Origin: Sphagnum compactum
Taxonomy: Eukaryota
Assembly: GCA_965153455.1 (NCBI GenBank)
Contig: OZ234494.1
Coordinates: 5,890,001 to 5,954,000 of the forward strand
Length of the DNA: 64,000 bases
Reading direction: 5' to 3'
The position numbers and the translations under genes are program-made. Positions 13,858 to 26,620 of this stretch are shown one piece after another. The first letter of the stretch is position 1. Each line of letters begins with the position of its first letter. The notes beneath the pieces are model-generated. The model saw only the letters and a program-made list of their open reading frames with translations. It ran no database searches and had not been told where the DNA came from.

Positions 13858-14264
13858 GACTCTTCAATCACACCAGAGTTTAGTTCTGTGATGATGAAGG
13901 TGTGTTGATAGGTACTGCATTTGGGCAACAACATGCTTATAGCTGAAGATATGATTACTGCAAAAGAAACAGATTCATTTGTTTCAGTGCAGATAACTGA
14001 CCCGTTTGGACCCAAACGGGTCCTGATTTGCTCAGCTATAGCTTCGTTGGAGTCATTGGTGGTCCTTCATTTACTTCTGTAAAAGAATACCACTGAGAAA
14101 AATCAATGCATAAACCTCCATGCAGGTGTGGCTCCTATGAAATGCAGATACCATGGCCATGACTATACAGCTAGCAGTTTGCTCACTGTAATAGAATACA
14201 TACTAGTGTTACAGGGACAAGAAAAATTGCAGTGAGATGCATTCCAGTGTGCTCTACTACTTTG

Positions 14265-17200
14265 TCATGTTTCAATTTCTTTCTTGTTCTCAAGTTTCCA
14301 TTGTACAGCTGCAATCAGATTAGCAATTGAATGAGCAATCATGGGGACCGCCACATTTGTTGTGGAGAGAGCTGCTGCGCCATACAGAACTCCAACAAAA
14401 GACGCCCTGCATATGTAAACCCCAATTCAAACACTAGTCAAACATTGCCTGAGACTGCATCAACAATGAATTTGGGCATGGCTATACAACAGCAAACCTC
14501 TATAACAATTTACCACTTAGGGCCTTTTGCATTTTCCACAGTTTCAACTGTTCAGATTTTCAAATAATAATTTCCCTTTGCAACACTAACCTGGGGGGGC
14601 CTCCAAAGTTAATTTGATACAAGAACATGCAATGAAAGAAGACACTTGGTCCCCTCTTCAAACTGACCAGTAAATTTCAGAAAAAGTCACTACAAGTTCC
14701 TTCATATGGCAATATCACTTCAGTCTGAGCAAAGATATAGGTGAAAAGCAAGGATTTACCAAAGAGCAAAAGCAGAATTTCGTCCCCCGCTCAAATGCAG
14801 ACTTCCAAAGACAATTCCAGAAATTGCTACGCCTCGCCAATCTGGAGCAATCAAAGGCAATAGAGCTCCACGAAATAGCAGCTCCTGACAATAACACATT
14901 CTAATCTCAGAATCAAACATCATAATGTAGAATATAGAATTACATCTAGTTGTGATAGCAGGCAGTACCTTGTCTCAATCAGAAGTGCGAATCATTGCAC
15001 ACATTTGCTAGCCATGTACTAACAGACTCATCTACAACTTCACTTGTAGGCAGGTGCTCATTGAGTTCATTCTGGTTCCACATTCAGATGCTGTTTAGAT
15101 CAACCCAAGACCCTCACTGGCACCTCCTACATGCTTGGCACACTACTTTCCTCATAATTCCATTCTAAAATATGCTTATTTAGCTTATATCCAATCCAAA
15201 CTCACAAGTTGCAGGGTCCATGATGTCCACCTCACTTATGCCTGGCAAAATGGACACCAGAAGGTAGTCAAATGGTTCCAAGAGTCCCAACACCTGCAGC
15301 ATCAACAATATCCCTGCCATCAGATTCGTGCACCTAACTAGGAATGCCCATCTCCTTCGCCACAATTCAGATTTCAAATGACATGGCCTACACTTTGTCA
15401 TGTTGGGTGGAAACATTCTTGAAGCCTAGCTACAGTTGGCGAATTTCAAGATACTTGAGGTGTGACTGAGGTGAGCAGAGAGCCTTCCAGAGCTCTAAAA
15501 AGTACCACACTTTGACACACAATGGATAAGCATGGCAGTTTTAGCAGCTAGTGCACCATGAAAAGCAGAAATCATCCCAGCTTTCCATGTTGACCAAGAT
15601 GTTATTAGTCAGTGCAAGACTCAGACAACTCCAGTTCAACAGAATAAGACAAATAAGATAGAGTGACCTGTTCATTTGCAGCATTGCTTGATTGAGCATA
15701 CGCAGGCCACAGTGAGGCCAACAGCTGCCGCATTGAAGCCACTACCACCACAGACCCGATTGCAGTTCCTAAGTGTGACACCTCCCAATCATCTGCAAAT
15801 GTCCAGTACGATTCCACTCAAACTCAACATTTGGTTTGGATACATCCTATTCCTCAGTATACACAATCAGAATGCTTCCTGGAGATCTATATTTCTGTGT
15901 TGGTAAAACGATTCTCTGTGCCAGAGATGGTGGCTAGCCAGCAGACAGTAAAATCAAGTGTGCCTGAATCCTCTGTTTTGTTCAAAACATTAACCAAGGT
16001 GACACAGTGCTTTTTGAAGGCCAGTACTGAGGTGAAAAAGAAAGGACAAGGTCAAGATACTTATGGTTGCTCACAATTAGACACACAACTTCTCTATTGT
16101 AACAGATAATCACTGTGGCAGCTTCCAATAGGGATACCAACACTCCAAGATCAATTTTCAGATGGAACATGGAACCTGTGACCGACAGTAAACGAAGTAG
16201 TGGTGTAGAAGGAACAAATACCATGACAGAAACCTATGACTTTCTCATTTGATAGAATAACATGGGTCTGAGTTAATGTAGATGTCTGAAGCTTTTTCCA
16301 TCACAAGGACTGTGCAAAGCAGAATAAGAACGTCAAGGGATTAAATTCTCAGGAATTGTTTATCTGCATACATGGCATGAGAACAGTGCAGTCTGGAAAG
16401 TCCCACCCTCCTGCTACTGCTGCCCAATGTGAAGCCTTCACAGCACAACAAAGATAACAGCCTATTAGACTTCACATACACTTCCTTTGAAACCTGCATG
16501 TTTCCTGGGGACCCAAAGGAAAGGCCCCTTGAGTACAATACCAAAGTCCACTTACAAAGTTGACAATAACATCAAAGATATTTGAACATGGAACAATCTA
16601 GAAACCATTCTTCACCGTGTTGAGAAGGATACAACATTAGAGAAAGGGTGGCATAGTCCAGCTGTGAAATGGAACACAGAAACCCTCAAAACCTCAGTAA
16701 AGAAGGAGAAGGGCACACCTGTCGGATACATGCACCTGCCAAGGCAATACCCGCTGATGTAGAGACGCATGCTCTCAGGACATCAGACCTACTGGCTATG
16801 AGCTGAGCACCATCAGGCTGCAGCTGTGAGAGATCTCCTTCCTTCCCATCTAAGTCCCTCCCTCTGCTTGCAAACTGTTGATTGGTAATGCTGACTTCCA
16901 CCTGTAGCCAGTTTTCAGACACTTTGAATAAAGTTGTCTATTCTGTATCTCCTCAACAACAGGCTTCATTCATCAAGAGAAAGATGACAGAACAGTTGGA
17001 AACGTGTATGTTTTAATGACATCATTTTGCAGATCTCTTTCAGCGATGGAAGTGAAGCTTAAAACTCTTCCCAATCGTGATAAAATTAAATGTAAGCTTG
17101 TTCACCTGGTCCAGCCCATTTGATCCAGAGACTACAGGTGGCGATGCTTTTGACTTTGATCTCCGCCTCTGGCTCTGGTTTGCTGCTACCACGGTAATGA

Positions 17201-18345
17201 GCACATGACATGCAGATGAACCCTAAACCACCGACAAGAAGTGGATTTATATTAGCCTCAAGTGAATGTCTCTAGCCTTGCATTTCTCCAGCAATTCTGA
17301 ACAAAAAAAACCAAAAGAAGCCAGCAATTCTCAGCTTTCCCTTGAAAAGCTCTACAAACTTTTTCCACCAAATGGATTTCTTTTAATCACATGTTGCAAT
17401 ACAAATCTCTTCTTGAGACCAACAACCAGAACGATTACCCCCTGACAGATTTTTCTAAATTGTTCCATAATGTGACCATTAACATCATCACTCCACAATT
17501 CTGCATGAATCAAATCATGTTCTTGAACACCACATGCAAGTTAATTCATATGTTATATAAGCTTGTTGACTCAGAGTAAAAAGAGTTAACCTGAGAAGAA
17601 GAAGAGAGAAAGAATGATGGAGCTGTGGTGAGGAATTTGTTTGAATTGCAGCACAGCGGCAGGTCTGCACAACTGCCTGTTGGCAACATACACAAACCCT
17701 CAAAGAAGTGTCATGGATCTTAACACACACACCCACAAATTCAGAATAGCAGCTGATGATATTGCCCGGGCCACAGATCCATCTCCCAAATGGAAACTCA
17801 ATTGCTGCTTCCTACATACATATACACATACAAACTCTAAACCCTAAACACAGCTAGCTTTGCAAGGCTGCAAAGAAGAATCAGCCAAGAAACAAAAACA
17901 ACACCACCCTCCAGACAAACCAAGAGTACAATCTGAAGATAGATTCTCGCCTCTGCTTCCTACATACATACATGGATATATACAAGCTCTAAACCCTAAA
18001 CACAGATAGCTTTGCAAGGCTCCAAACAAGAATCAGCCAAGAAGCAAAAACAACAACACCCTCCAGACAAGCCAAAAGCACAATCTGAAGATAGATTTTC
18101 GCCTGAAAGCACAGAAAAAAGAAACTCTGCAACGCCTTATGTGACCCCCCCCGGGACCATTAAGAGACCAAAGAAACAAAGGAGGAGAGTATGTTACCGG
18201 GTGAGGAGGACAGGCGAGGAGTCGTAGAATGAGTCGATGGACTCCTCATCCTCCGGATGCTACCACGGGGATCCAGCAATTGTTGAGAGAGAAAAGATGT
18301 CCCAAATTTCTTTGTTGTCGCCAATACACTCGCTCCAACTGCCAT
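14265..18345 (-). CDS. CPBP / CAAX amino-terminal protease family (Abi/Rce1-like) intramembrane metalloprotease, probably plastid-targeted
   Basis: Nine phase-compatible GT-AG exons: 18345-18198, 17676-17591, 17222-17106, 16901-16719, 16435-16372, 15792-15668, 15293-15231, 14884-14760, 14406-14265 (TGA). CPBP motifs are intact: ISEELLFRG (EExxxR), FGSLH (FxxxH) and AHSIAN (HxxxN). The N-terminus is S/T/R-rich and transit-peptide-like. The first exons are less certain than the core. Confidence 0.88.
17805..18104. repeat. Tandem duplication of about 150 bp in CPBP intron 1 / upstream of murG; each copy carries a telobox
   Basis: The copies 17805-17952 and 17953-18104 share ctgcttcctacataca...aaaccctaaacacag...caatctgaagatagatt.tcgcct. 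AAACCCTAAA occurs at 17839 and 17991. Confidence 0.9.
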
Positions 18346-18356
18346 AGCTCCTCCGA

Positions 18357-20510
18357 ATGGAACAAGATCTTCTGGAACTAGGTTTTGTATTGCGATGGTA
18401 CAGAGCGAAGATGATGACTCACAGGATTGCTTTTTCCTTTACAGTAGTAGATAGCAAGGGCTTCATGCACAGCGCTGGCGGCAGGGTAACAAGGATACCG
18501 CAGCAACGATGTAGTGCGAGTTGGAAGAAGCTTGGAGCTAGGTCGGTAGGAGCGCAAGGTGCAAGAGCAGACAGCAGAAGGGAGGAGAAAGAAGAGAACA
18601 ACGGTGGACATGTCCGCCGCATACTCTTTGTCGCTGGAGGAACAGGCGGACATGTGTACCCTGCGCTTGCAATTGCAGATGAGGTGCGACGGCTCGATCC
18701 GGCAGTGGAGTTGCTCTTCGCAGGGACCCGGGAAAGAATGGAGTGGTTGGTCGTTCCCAAAGCCGGTTACGCCATCTCTGCTGTCCCGGCTGTTGCCATC
18801 CGTCGGCCGTTTTTTTGCTTGCCTAATCTTCTCTTGCCTGCAAGAGTGCTCTACTGCATGTGGGTTTGTTGGAAGTTGGTGCGGAGATTTCGTCCTCATG
18901 TGGTGGTGGGAACAGGAGGTTATGTCGCTGGTCCCATGTGTCTCGTAGCAGCTTTGAGTGGCAGCAGCAAGGTGGTTATTCAGGAACAGAATGCATATGC
19001 AGGCATAACCAATCGCATCCTCGGCAGAGTTGCTGCAGCAGTCATCTTCCTTGCTTTTGCAACCGCTTCACCCTTCTTTCCCGAGGAGAAATGTGTTGTG
19101 ATAGGAAACCCTACCAGACGTGCTCTTCAACAACCCATTGATGCAGTCATGGCATTGTGCTCTTTCTTTCCCTCTGTGAACAAGTTGGACCTCGATGATG
19201 ATGATGGCAGCACACAAGAGGTGGTTGTGGTGTTGGGAGGATCTTTGGGTGCACAGGCCATCAATGAAGCTGTGGCAGGTCTTGTGCAATCCCAGCTGCA
19301 ACAGCATCCACATCGCTACTTCATATGGCAAACTGGCACCTCCCACTTCCAGCACATTCAGGCCATGGGTGTCAGCCATCCGCGGCTCACTGTTCTACCG
19401 TAAGTCATATGCCATTCTCATGGAGACTGAGATGCCATTCTCAGCATAGTTTCTGTCATGAGATTGCATGAACTTACTCTGCCTCATTGTATTTGTTTTT
19501 CACAAATTGTCAGGATGCAATCGACATCTCTATGTTTCTATTATTCCAGTGGGTCAGAACCATTGTTAACCAGCTGCTGCAGGAAAGTGTGAATCCAGGA
19601 ATGTGTGAAATCGAGTTAGTCCTCTTATGCACACAGTTCTTGGGATGGCAGGTATGTTGATAGAATGGAGATGCTGTATGCTGCAGCAAATGTGGTTGTG
19701 TCAAGAGCAGGCGCCATCACTTGCAGTGAGCTTCTTGTCACTGCCAAGCCATCAATCCTGGTATGAGCACAACCACCCAGTGCAGGATTGACTCAGTAGC
19801 AAAGTTGGTATTTTGTTTTCCACTACAGCTTTGAGCTATTTTGTACCAATTCAAGTTTCAGAAACTGATAAGAGAAGGTTAGCACTGAATATGGAACATT
19901 TTCTGTGGTAATATTTGCAGGTGCCAGCCACTACAGTAGCTGAGGATCATCAGATGAAGAATGCAATGGCAATGGCTGAGGCTGGTGCTGCCAAAGTTTT
20001 GGCAGAGGCCGAGCTGAATTCACAAACCCTAGCCTCAGCAATTGATGAGATTCTTGGTTATTACTTATCTCAGTGACTACTCACAATACCTTTCCCTCTC
20101 TCTATTCTGTCTTTCTCTTTTACCATCTGCTTCTAGGTGTCACTGATAGCCCTGTGCAGTCATTCAATGCAAGTTCATCTCTTCCTACTTGACCCATGTG
20201 TTGAGGCTGTCCCTAGGCTTCAGGAAATGCTTTTGGTGAGAGATCTAAAAAGTAGTGCTGTAATTGTATTAGTAGATCTGACGGTTTTCTGCCTTTAGGA
20301 AAGAGCTCCTCACTGAAATTAGTTCTCAACTGGATTTTCATGCATAAGATATAAAATGCAGTTTCCACAAAAGGTTTGATGATAGTGTTGATGGTGAGGT
20401 TTATAGGGGACAAAGCAGGCCAGAAGGTGATGCAAGAGAAGGCTCAAAAGATGGCTGCACCAGATGCAGCTGTGCAAATTGCGACACGGGTGCTCTCGTT
20501 GGCTGCCTAA
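18357..20510 (+). CDS. murG: MurG, UDP-GlcNAc:lipid I N-acetylglucosaminyltransferase (GT28), nuclear-encoded with a putative plastid transit peptide
   Basis: Exons 18357 (or 18411)-19399, 19652-19760, 19921-20056 and 20407-20510 (TAA), all GT-AG and in phase. Motifs: AGGTGGHVYPALA, GTGGYV, EQNAYAG, GNP, GGSLGA, SRAGAITCSE and EDHQMKNA. An N-terminal extension of about 70-85 aa precedes the catalytic domain. Confidence 0.96.
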
Positions 20511-23086
20511 TCCTCTGAGGAGTTGCCATGGAGACCAGCATGACAGATGGCACTTTCAGTGATGAGCCCAATACATTCAAGGTATTACTTGGGAAGGTAT
20601 ACATCTTCCATTTATTGCCTCTGATGCACTGGAAATGTATGTAGCTCTTGACCTGGAATAGATTTTGAACTGTGTGCACATGTTCGAAACACTAGAGGGG
20701 TGTGTGTTTCATAAAGTCTGTAGCAGACACACAAGAAGGAAATAATTATCCTGCAAGGTCATTCATTCACTCCCAAGGGCATGATGTGGTGAAAAACATT
20801 AGCACCATGTGCACAATCTTTCAATGGCTGTATAATGTCATTAGGTTCTGCAAACTTGCAGGTTGTTTTGCAGCAGACTAACAAAGGTGTTTCTCATTGT
20901 GGGTTGTAGATGAAACATGATTTCAGAGGTATAGGAACGTGGCAATGCAGGCAATTTCTTGCCTCAGGACACTAGCTAAACAATTTTGTGGGAACTGACA
21001 TGTGGTTTCTGCTCCTGCTTGAAATACATGAACTGAATTGTTGACAAAGTTCATGAAGCTGTGAGATTGAATCTAATCCCTATTGATGTTCATGCCATGT
21101 GTGCACCCTTCAGGTCTGTATCAGCAGCCAAGAACACAAATGTCATTTGTTTCATGGGACTACCAGGTACTGTTGCCAGAGACACAATCTTACTTTAGTG
21201 TTGACTGCTGTTGCAAACAATGAATTGGCATCCAAGAAATAGCTAAAGGATTGATGCAACAGGAGATTGAGAAATGGGAAAAGACTACTAATTTACTATG
21301 CATTCTTCAAAGAGAAGTTGTTTGCAATAGAATGGAGAATACCATTTTGCTTGAAAGAATAGGAAGAGCAGTGCTCCTTGGCATTTTCAAATCTGATATG
21401 ATGGGGTTGTTGATATAATGGGGATTTTGAGCTTTTTGGTCCTTGACTTATTCTCACCATGAACTTGTGAACCTTGCTCAAAATAGAAATATATATTTGT
21501 GGTGGTTGTTATTGATTTCATGAACAACAATTGTAATTCATGTTGCAAGAAACTGCATACAACAATGTTCCATAACCATGCATAATCATTTGATTTCTAG
21601 ATCATGATCAAAAGTGAATGCAAGTTGATATTTTGAAGAAAATTTGCCAACCGTTAATGAGGATTCATGGCATGTCATCTATTGATTAATATAAAAAAAT
21701 TTCCAAACATAAAATTCTTCAATGTTTATGTAGTCACTCATAGATTTGCAATGTTTTGTGAACAAATTTGTGCATGATCTATCTATCATCTTGAGATGGC
21801 CAACTTCCGCATCAATAATGATTAGAATTCCCTCCTACATTTGCATAAATCATCAAAGCTCCCTAGTAAATGATGTGTAGTTGTTTGCTTGAGAAAGCCT
21901 CCATAATATCCCAACAACCTACTTGAGTATTGACTTTGTTCCAAATCAACTTCCTTGTCATATTCATAGTACACACAAAAGGATTACTACCACCATGTCT
22001 TTTATGAAATACTTGTTTTGTGAAAATGATTCAAGCCAATTGCCCTCTTGAAACAACATCACTAAACTCAAGTTAGTCAATGCCAATGCTTTAACGTTGA
22101 GGCTATTGGTGTGCTTTTGGTCATATTTCAACATTGAGGTCAATCTCAATTGAAGATGGTTCAACATTAGGAACTTGTGTCAAGCCAAAGTGGAACTCCA
22201 TATATTGTCTACAATCGCACTATTCATTTGATGCACATTTGCCCACATTTTGGATAGTTTTACAAATCTGCTGCAAAACTATATAAATACTCACATAGTG
22301 AACTTTCATGGCTTAGATAATGAATCATACTTTTGTTATCCAATAAACTTTCATTACATTGTATCCACTCACACTGAGAAACTTGAGGCAAGGGGCCAAG
22401 GTTGAATGAAGTTGGTGTAAATAATCATGTTATTAAATTAAATATGAATACAACTTGCATATTCTTTGAACCAATCATGCAATTTATTTCCGTGATTCAC
22501 ACTTGGGCTCCATGTTGTTATGCACCCCTAGGAACAATCAACTAATGGGAAAAATGAATTGATTTTGTGCCAATTAAGTTCCATCCAAATGAAAATATGT
22601 TCATGACTATGGTGTTGACAAACAAAACCTTTGAAAAGTCATATACATATATATACATATATGTTTTGTTTTGTTTATTTGTTTGTCACCTTGTGGACCT
22701 TTCATGATGTTTTTGGTGTTGTTGGTAAATTGTCAATGAGGTGTAAGGTGGTTTTTTTGCAATTTTTTTGGCCAATTGAACAATAGTTATTGAATTTAAA
22801 ATGACTTTTGTCATTGGAAATCAATTAAAATTTACAAATTTGATTTTTTTCAATCAATCAATATGCCTTTTCATGTCACATGAAAAAATGCATTTGCCTC
22901 TTCATGCCATGGGCAAATGCATGGGAATCTCCCATTTGCCATCATCACATTTAACCATCTCAAAACAATCAATGCCTCTTTAGGTCATATGAAAAAATGT
23001 GTTTGGCTTTTCATAGGGGGAAAGGCAAGGAATCTCCTATTGGTGATTCTATCTCCATTATTAACCCTTCTATTTGTCCTTTCACA

Positions 23087-23282
23087 TCCCAAACCTTAAA
23101 CACTTGGGGCTAATGACATTTGAGTTCACACTTGGGCCTATAAGAGTTTTGAAAAGTTGTATCCCTTAAAACTTTGAAGATCCCAAACCTTAAACACTTG
23201 GGGCTAATGACATTTGAGTTCACACTTGGGCTTATAAGAGCTTTGAAAAGGTCTTTTGAAAAGTTGTATCCCTTAAAGCTTT
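23087..23282. repeat. Direct duplication of about 95 bp
   Basis: tcccaaaccttaaacacttggggctaatgacatttgagttcacacttgggc occurs at about 23087 and 23181, followed in both cases by tttgaaaagttgtatcccttaaa. Confidence 0.9.
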
Positions 23283-23949
23283 GAAGATGATGCCATTTAA
23301 GCCAATTACAAAAAGATCCATAATAGATATGAAAATACACTTTTCCATCCTTTTGATTTGGGAATCAACCAAACAAATTTCAATTTGTAACTATCATCCA
23401 AAAGGATGACTTATGAAACCTAAAGCTACCATACCTAACTTGGCTCTAATGAATCATTGTTATTAAAAATTTCTTTACTTAGACATGTGGCCATTAGTAT
23501 GAATCCCAAGGTTACATTCCCCATGGTGTACGTTATCTAGACTTTACCAAATAACTTCAAGACATTATTGATAACCCCACATCACCCTTAAGTAAAACTC
23601 ACACCAATTAAGTTTTGAACATTTTAACATCACACCCATCACATGACTTCAAGATATTTAACATACAACAAATATTGTTATCCTTGATATTTTCAAGGAC
23701 ATCACAATTACAATTGGCACCACAATCCCAACATTTATTGTCACAAAAGTTTTAGTGTCATAGTCTTTTGAAATGTATTTAATTTGGGCATGTGAATACT
23801 TTTTGGTACAACTTTCATCAAATAAAATTTTAAGACATATTTATCTCTTTCAATTCAAACATAATTTGATCATTCAAATTGTGCTTTGGGAAGGTGAAAC
23901 TCTTTGGCACTTTTTCCATCTCAAATCTTCAAATGATTGTACCAAATAG

Positions 23950-25060
23950 TATATAATTTTGTTTAGGCATGTGATCATGATATGTTACAACTAAAGATTG
24001 GCAAGTATGGAAAATGTCAATATTGATATGGAAACTAGTGTCATAAAATATATTTGCCATGGCCACTTGGTATCATGTGCAAAACATGCCCACCTCGCAC
24101 AACCTTGCTACATTATATGGGCAATAGCCTTGTTCCCCCATACATCCTTTTTGCATGGACTATGGATGATATCCAAGGTCTACCTTTCCTTCATTTGATA
24201 AGAATTTATTTAATTTTGGTATTTTGGATGCCAATATGTTTGAAGACCTAGTTGATTAGGCATGCAAGTATTTATCTTTTTACTTTTTGTGAGAAAAGGT
24301 ATCTTTTGCCATGAAGCAATTGGTCACCAAAATTTTATTTGACTTGAAATGTTTGTACCTTGTGAAGAAGTTAATTTTTTTTGCAAAAATGTTTACTTGG
24401 ATTTTATCAATAAAGATCTCCAATTTGCATTGGTGTATGATAGTTTCAATAAATAATGAACCAAATAATAATCCTAGAACATCCCCAATGATAACCAAAA
24501 ATTGGCCTTACATGCCATTTTATGCACCACAATGGTTGTGATGGTGGGGTTTGAAAACCTTGGTATGTAAAGATTTGTTGTGTATTTTATTTGTCGAGCA
24601 ACATTTATTGATAATATGTTGTTATATCATGTATTTAGTTAATTTTGAACTTTTGATTGAAAATGATTTTGTGATGTCTTTGTTGGTATTCCTAAATATG
24701 TGAATGATGTTCACATACTACAACTTTCCTTTGTATTGTCAGGCCACTAATGGAAACTTGTTTGATGTTGATTGTGAAGAAAAAGGAATTTGGCCATATA
24801 TCCTTGGCAATAAGGGGTATCCCTTCTTACCTTGGTTGATGGTGCCCACAAGTAAATTGGCTTGTGACATATTGTTTGTGAAGCTTTTTTTAATCGACAG
24901 TTGTTTTGTGGTAAAAGTGTGGTGAACTTTTTCAAAATCTTGAAAAATGTGTTTCGAGAATTGATGTTAAAACAAGTTTGCATATTTTTTTTCTACCAAA
25001 TGTTGTAGTCTGCTTCTTCATGTTGCACAACTTGATTCTGAATGGTAAAGATGAAAATAT
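23950..25060 (+). pseudogene. Decayed PIF/Harbinger DDE nuclease (HARBI1/DDE_Tnp_4-like)
   Basis: ORF 24704-24925 contains WPYILGNKGYPFLPWLMVP (compare the family motif YxLGDxGYPLxPWLMxP). A frameshifted VVNFFKILKNVFREL follows (compare VE.AFG.LK.RF). Many stops and frameshifts. Confidence 0.8.
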
Positions 25061-25499
25061 AAAAACATTAATGATTCAATTAGAAGTTGAAATTGATCTA
25101 GTAGGTATTCAAGGTGACGAAGAAATATCAACAAGGAAATGTAGAAATTGATGTTGAAAATGAACATATTCCATTACAAGGTGATGAAATTTTAAGAATT
25201 ACACAAGAACATTATTGGAGCAATTTCTTGGGAACCATAGGCCATTAAGGCATTGAATGTTTTTTCATTAGAATTGCACACATGACCAATGTTCTTTAGC
25301 TTGAAAACAATGAAATCAAAGGTTTGAAATCTTTTCTACATCTAAATCTTTGCATTTTTTCTTTCAATTTTGCTCAAGATTGGCATTTTTGTCCTAATCA
25401 CTAACCTCATGTACATTTGCGGCTTCTAGATTGAAATCATCTAAAGAGTATGAAAACATGTCCATAGGTGATGGCATTTTTGATTTATTTTGAATGAAC

Positions 25500-26620
25500 A
25501 CATGGCACATCGCTAAACTTAAATTCACCAAAACAACAACCAAGTTTTTGGTGGTTCGATGAATCTTTCTATCTCTCATTTTTAGATATAGGAGATGTTA
25601 TTTGCTTGGTGTTATTAAACTTTGTTGCGACACTTTTCCATCTCCAATTGCGTGACATTCATGAATTCCATCGTTTCAATGATGGATTTGTTGTTATTGT
25701 TTGTAGCTTCAATGATTGGGGAAAATATGTTTGATCTCTTGTGTTTGATCCCTATGTTCTCAAATGCTACTGGGGTTATTGGATGACTTGCAGTTGTAGG
25801 TGCATTTGATGGAGTGTCCACAAGATTGATGAAATTATAATGCGTTTGATTTCTTTAGTTGGACCACAAGAAATTGTCTAGGTTTATGAATTTCCCTTGA
25901 GAACCTTTTAATCCAGCATTTGGATTTGTTGTTTGCAGTTCATCATTTACTTGTTCGTTCGACACATAATCATATCCCAAAAGTTCCCGCATCATCAATG
26001 CCTGAGGTACTATGAAAACATCATCTATATCATGTCCATTTGGTGGCATGTAAATTCCATTGCCATTGGCTCGAACATCTTTCATGTGTCCTAGTGTGTT
26101 GATCATCCTTTCTCCTTGGAATGTTTGAATAACATTGTAGAACTCTATATTGAATTGCCTTGGAAAATGGTGGTGGTCATGATTTTCAATTATGAAATCT
26201 TAGAATGGTGTGTGGTGGCTAGTCCCCACATTGTAATCAAAACCCTTCTTGTAATCAAAATTTAGGCCACCCCACTTATCCTTACACATTTTTTTGTTCG
26301 AAGGATTTTCAATTTGGTCATCTTTTATAGTTTGTTAGTAATCTTATCCCATTTTGTATGATAGGTACCATATGAAAATGAGGATCGATTAATGCTTTCA
26401 AAACGTTGCATTCCATTTTTTTGCATTGGATCAAAGAACAGACCTCTGAATGTTCCCAATTACCTTGTCATTATCGAAACAATCTAGCATCTCTTGGCAC
26501 TGTGATTGCTCACAACATTGTAGTTGTTCATGATGTTGTGCTCGATCCTAGTGTTGTTGCAAGTTTTAATGTTGTTGCATGTCCTACTTCTGATTGGGCT
26601 AGTTGAGGTGGTGTCCAAAC
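25500..26620 (-). pseudogene. Decayed Myb/SANT (trihelix)-like DNA-binding ORF of the same PIF/Harbinger element
   Basis: Minus-strand translation gives NWEHSEVCSLIQCKK... and ...KMCKDKWGGLNFDYKKGFDYNVGTSHH...PRQFNIEFYNVI, matching the W...E...LI...K and CKDKW..L..DYKK..DY pattern. It is interrupted by stops and converges on the nuclease relic. Confidence 0.7.

Noticed and set aside
18378-19379. Antisense and alternate-frame ORFs overlapping MurG exon 1
   Set aside because: These are shadow ORFs expected in GC-rich coding sequence and show no motifs.
18357-20510. Bacterial contamination or recent HGT of murG
   Set aside because: The gene has three canonical spliceosomal introns and an N-terminal extension, and is embedded among plant genes. 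MurG is a known component of the bryophyte plastid pathway.
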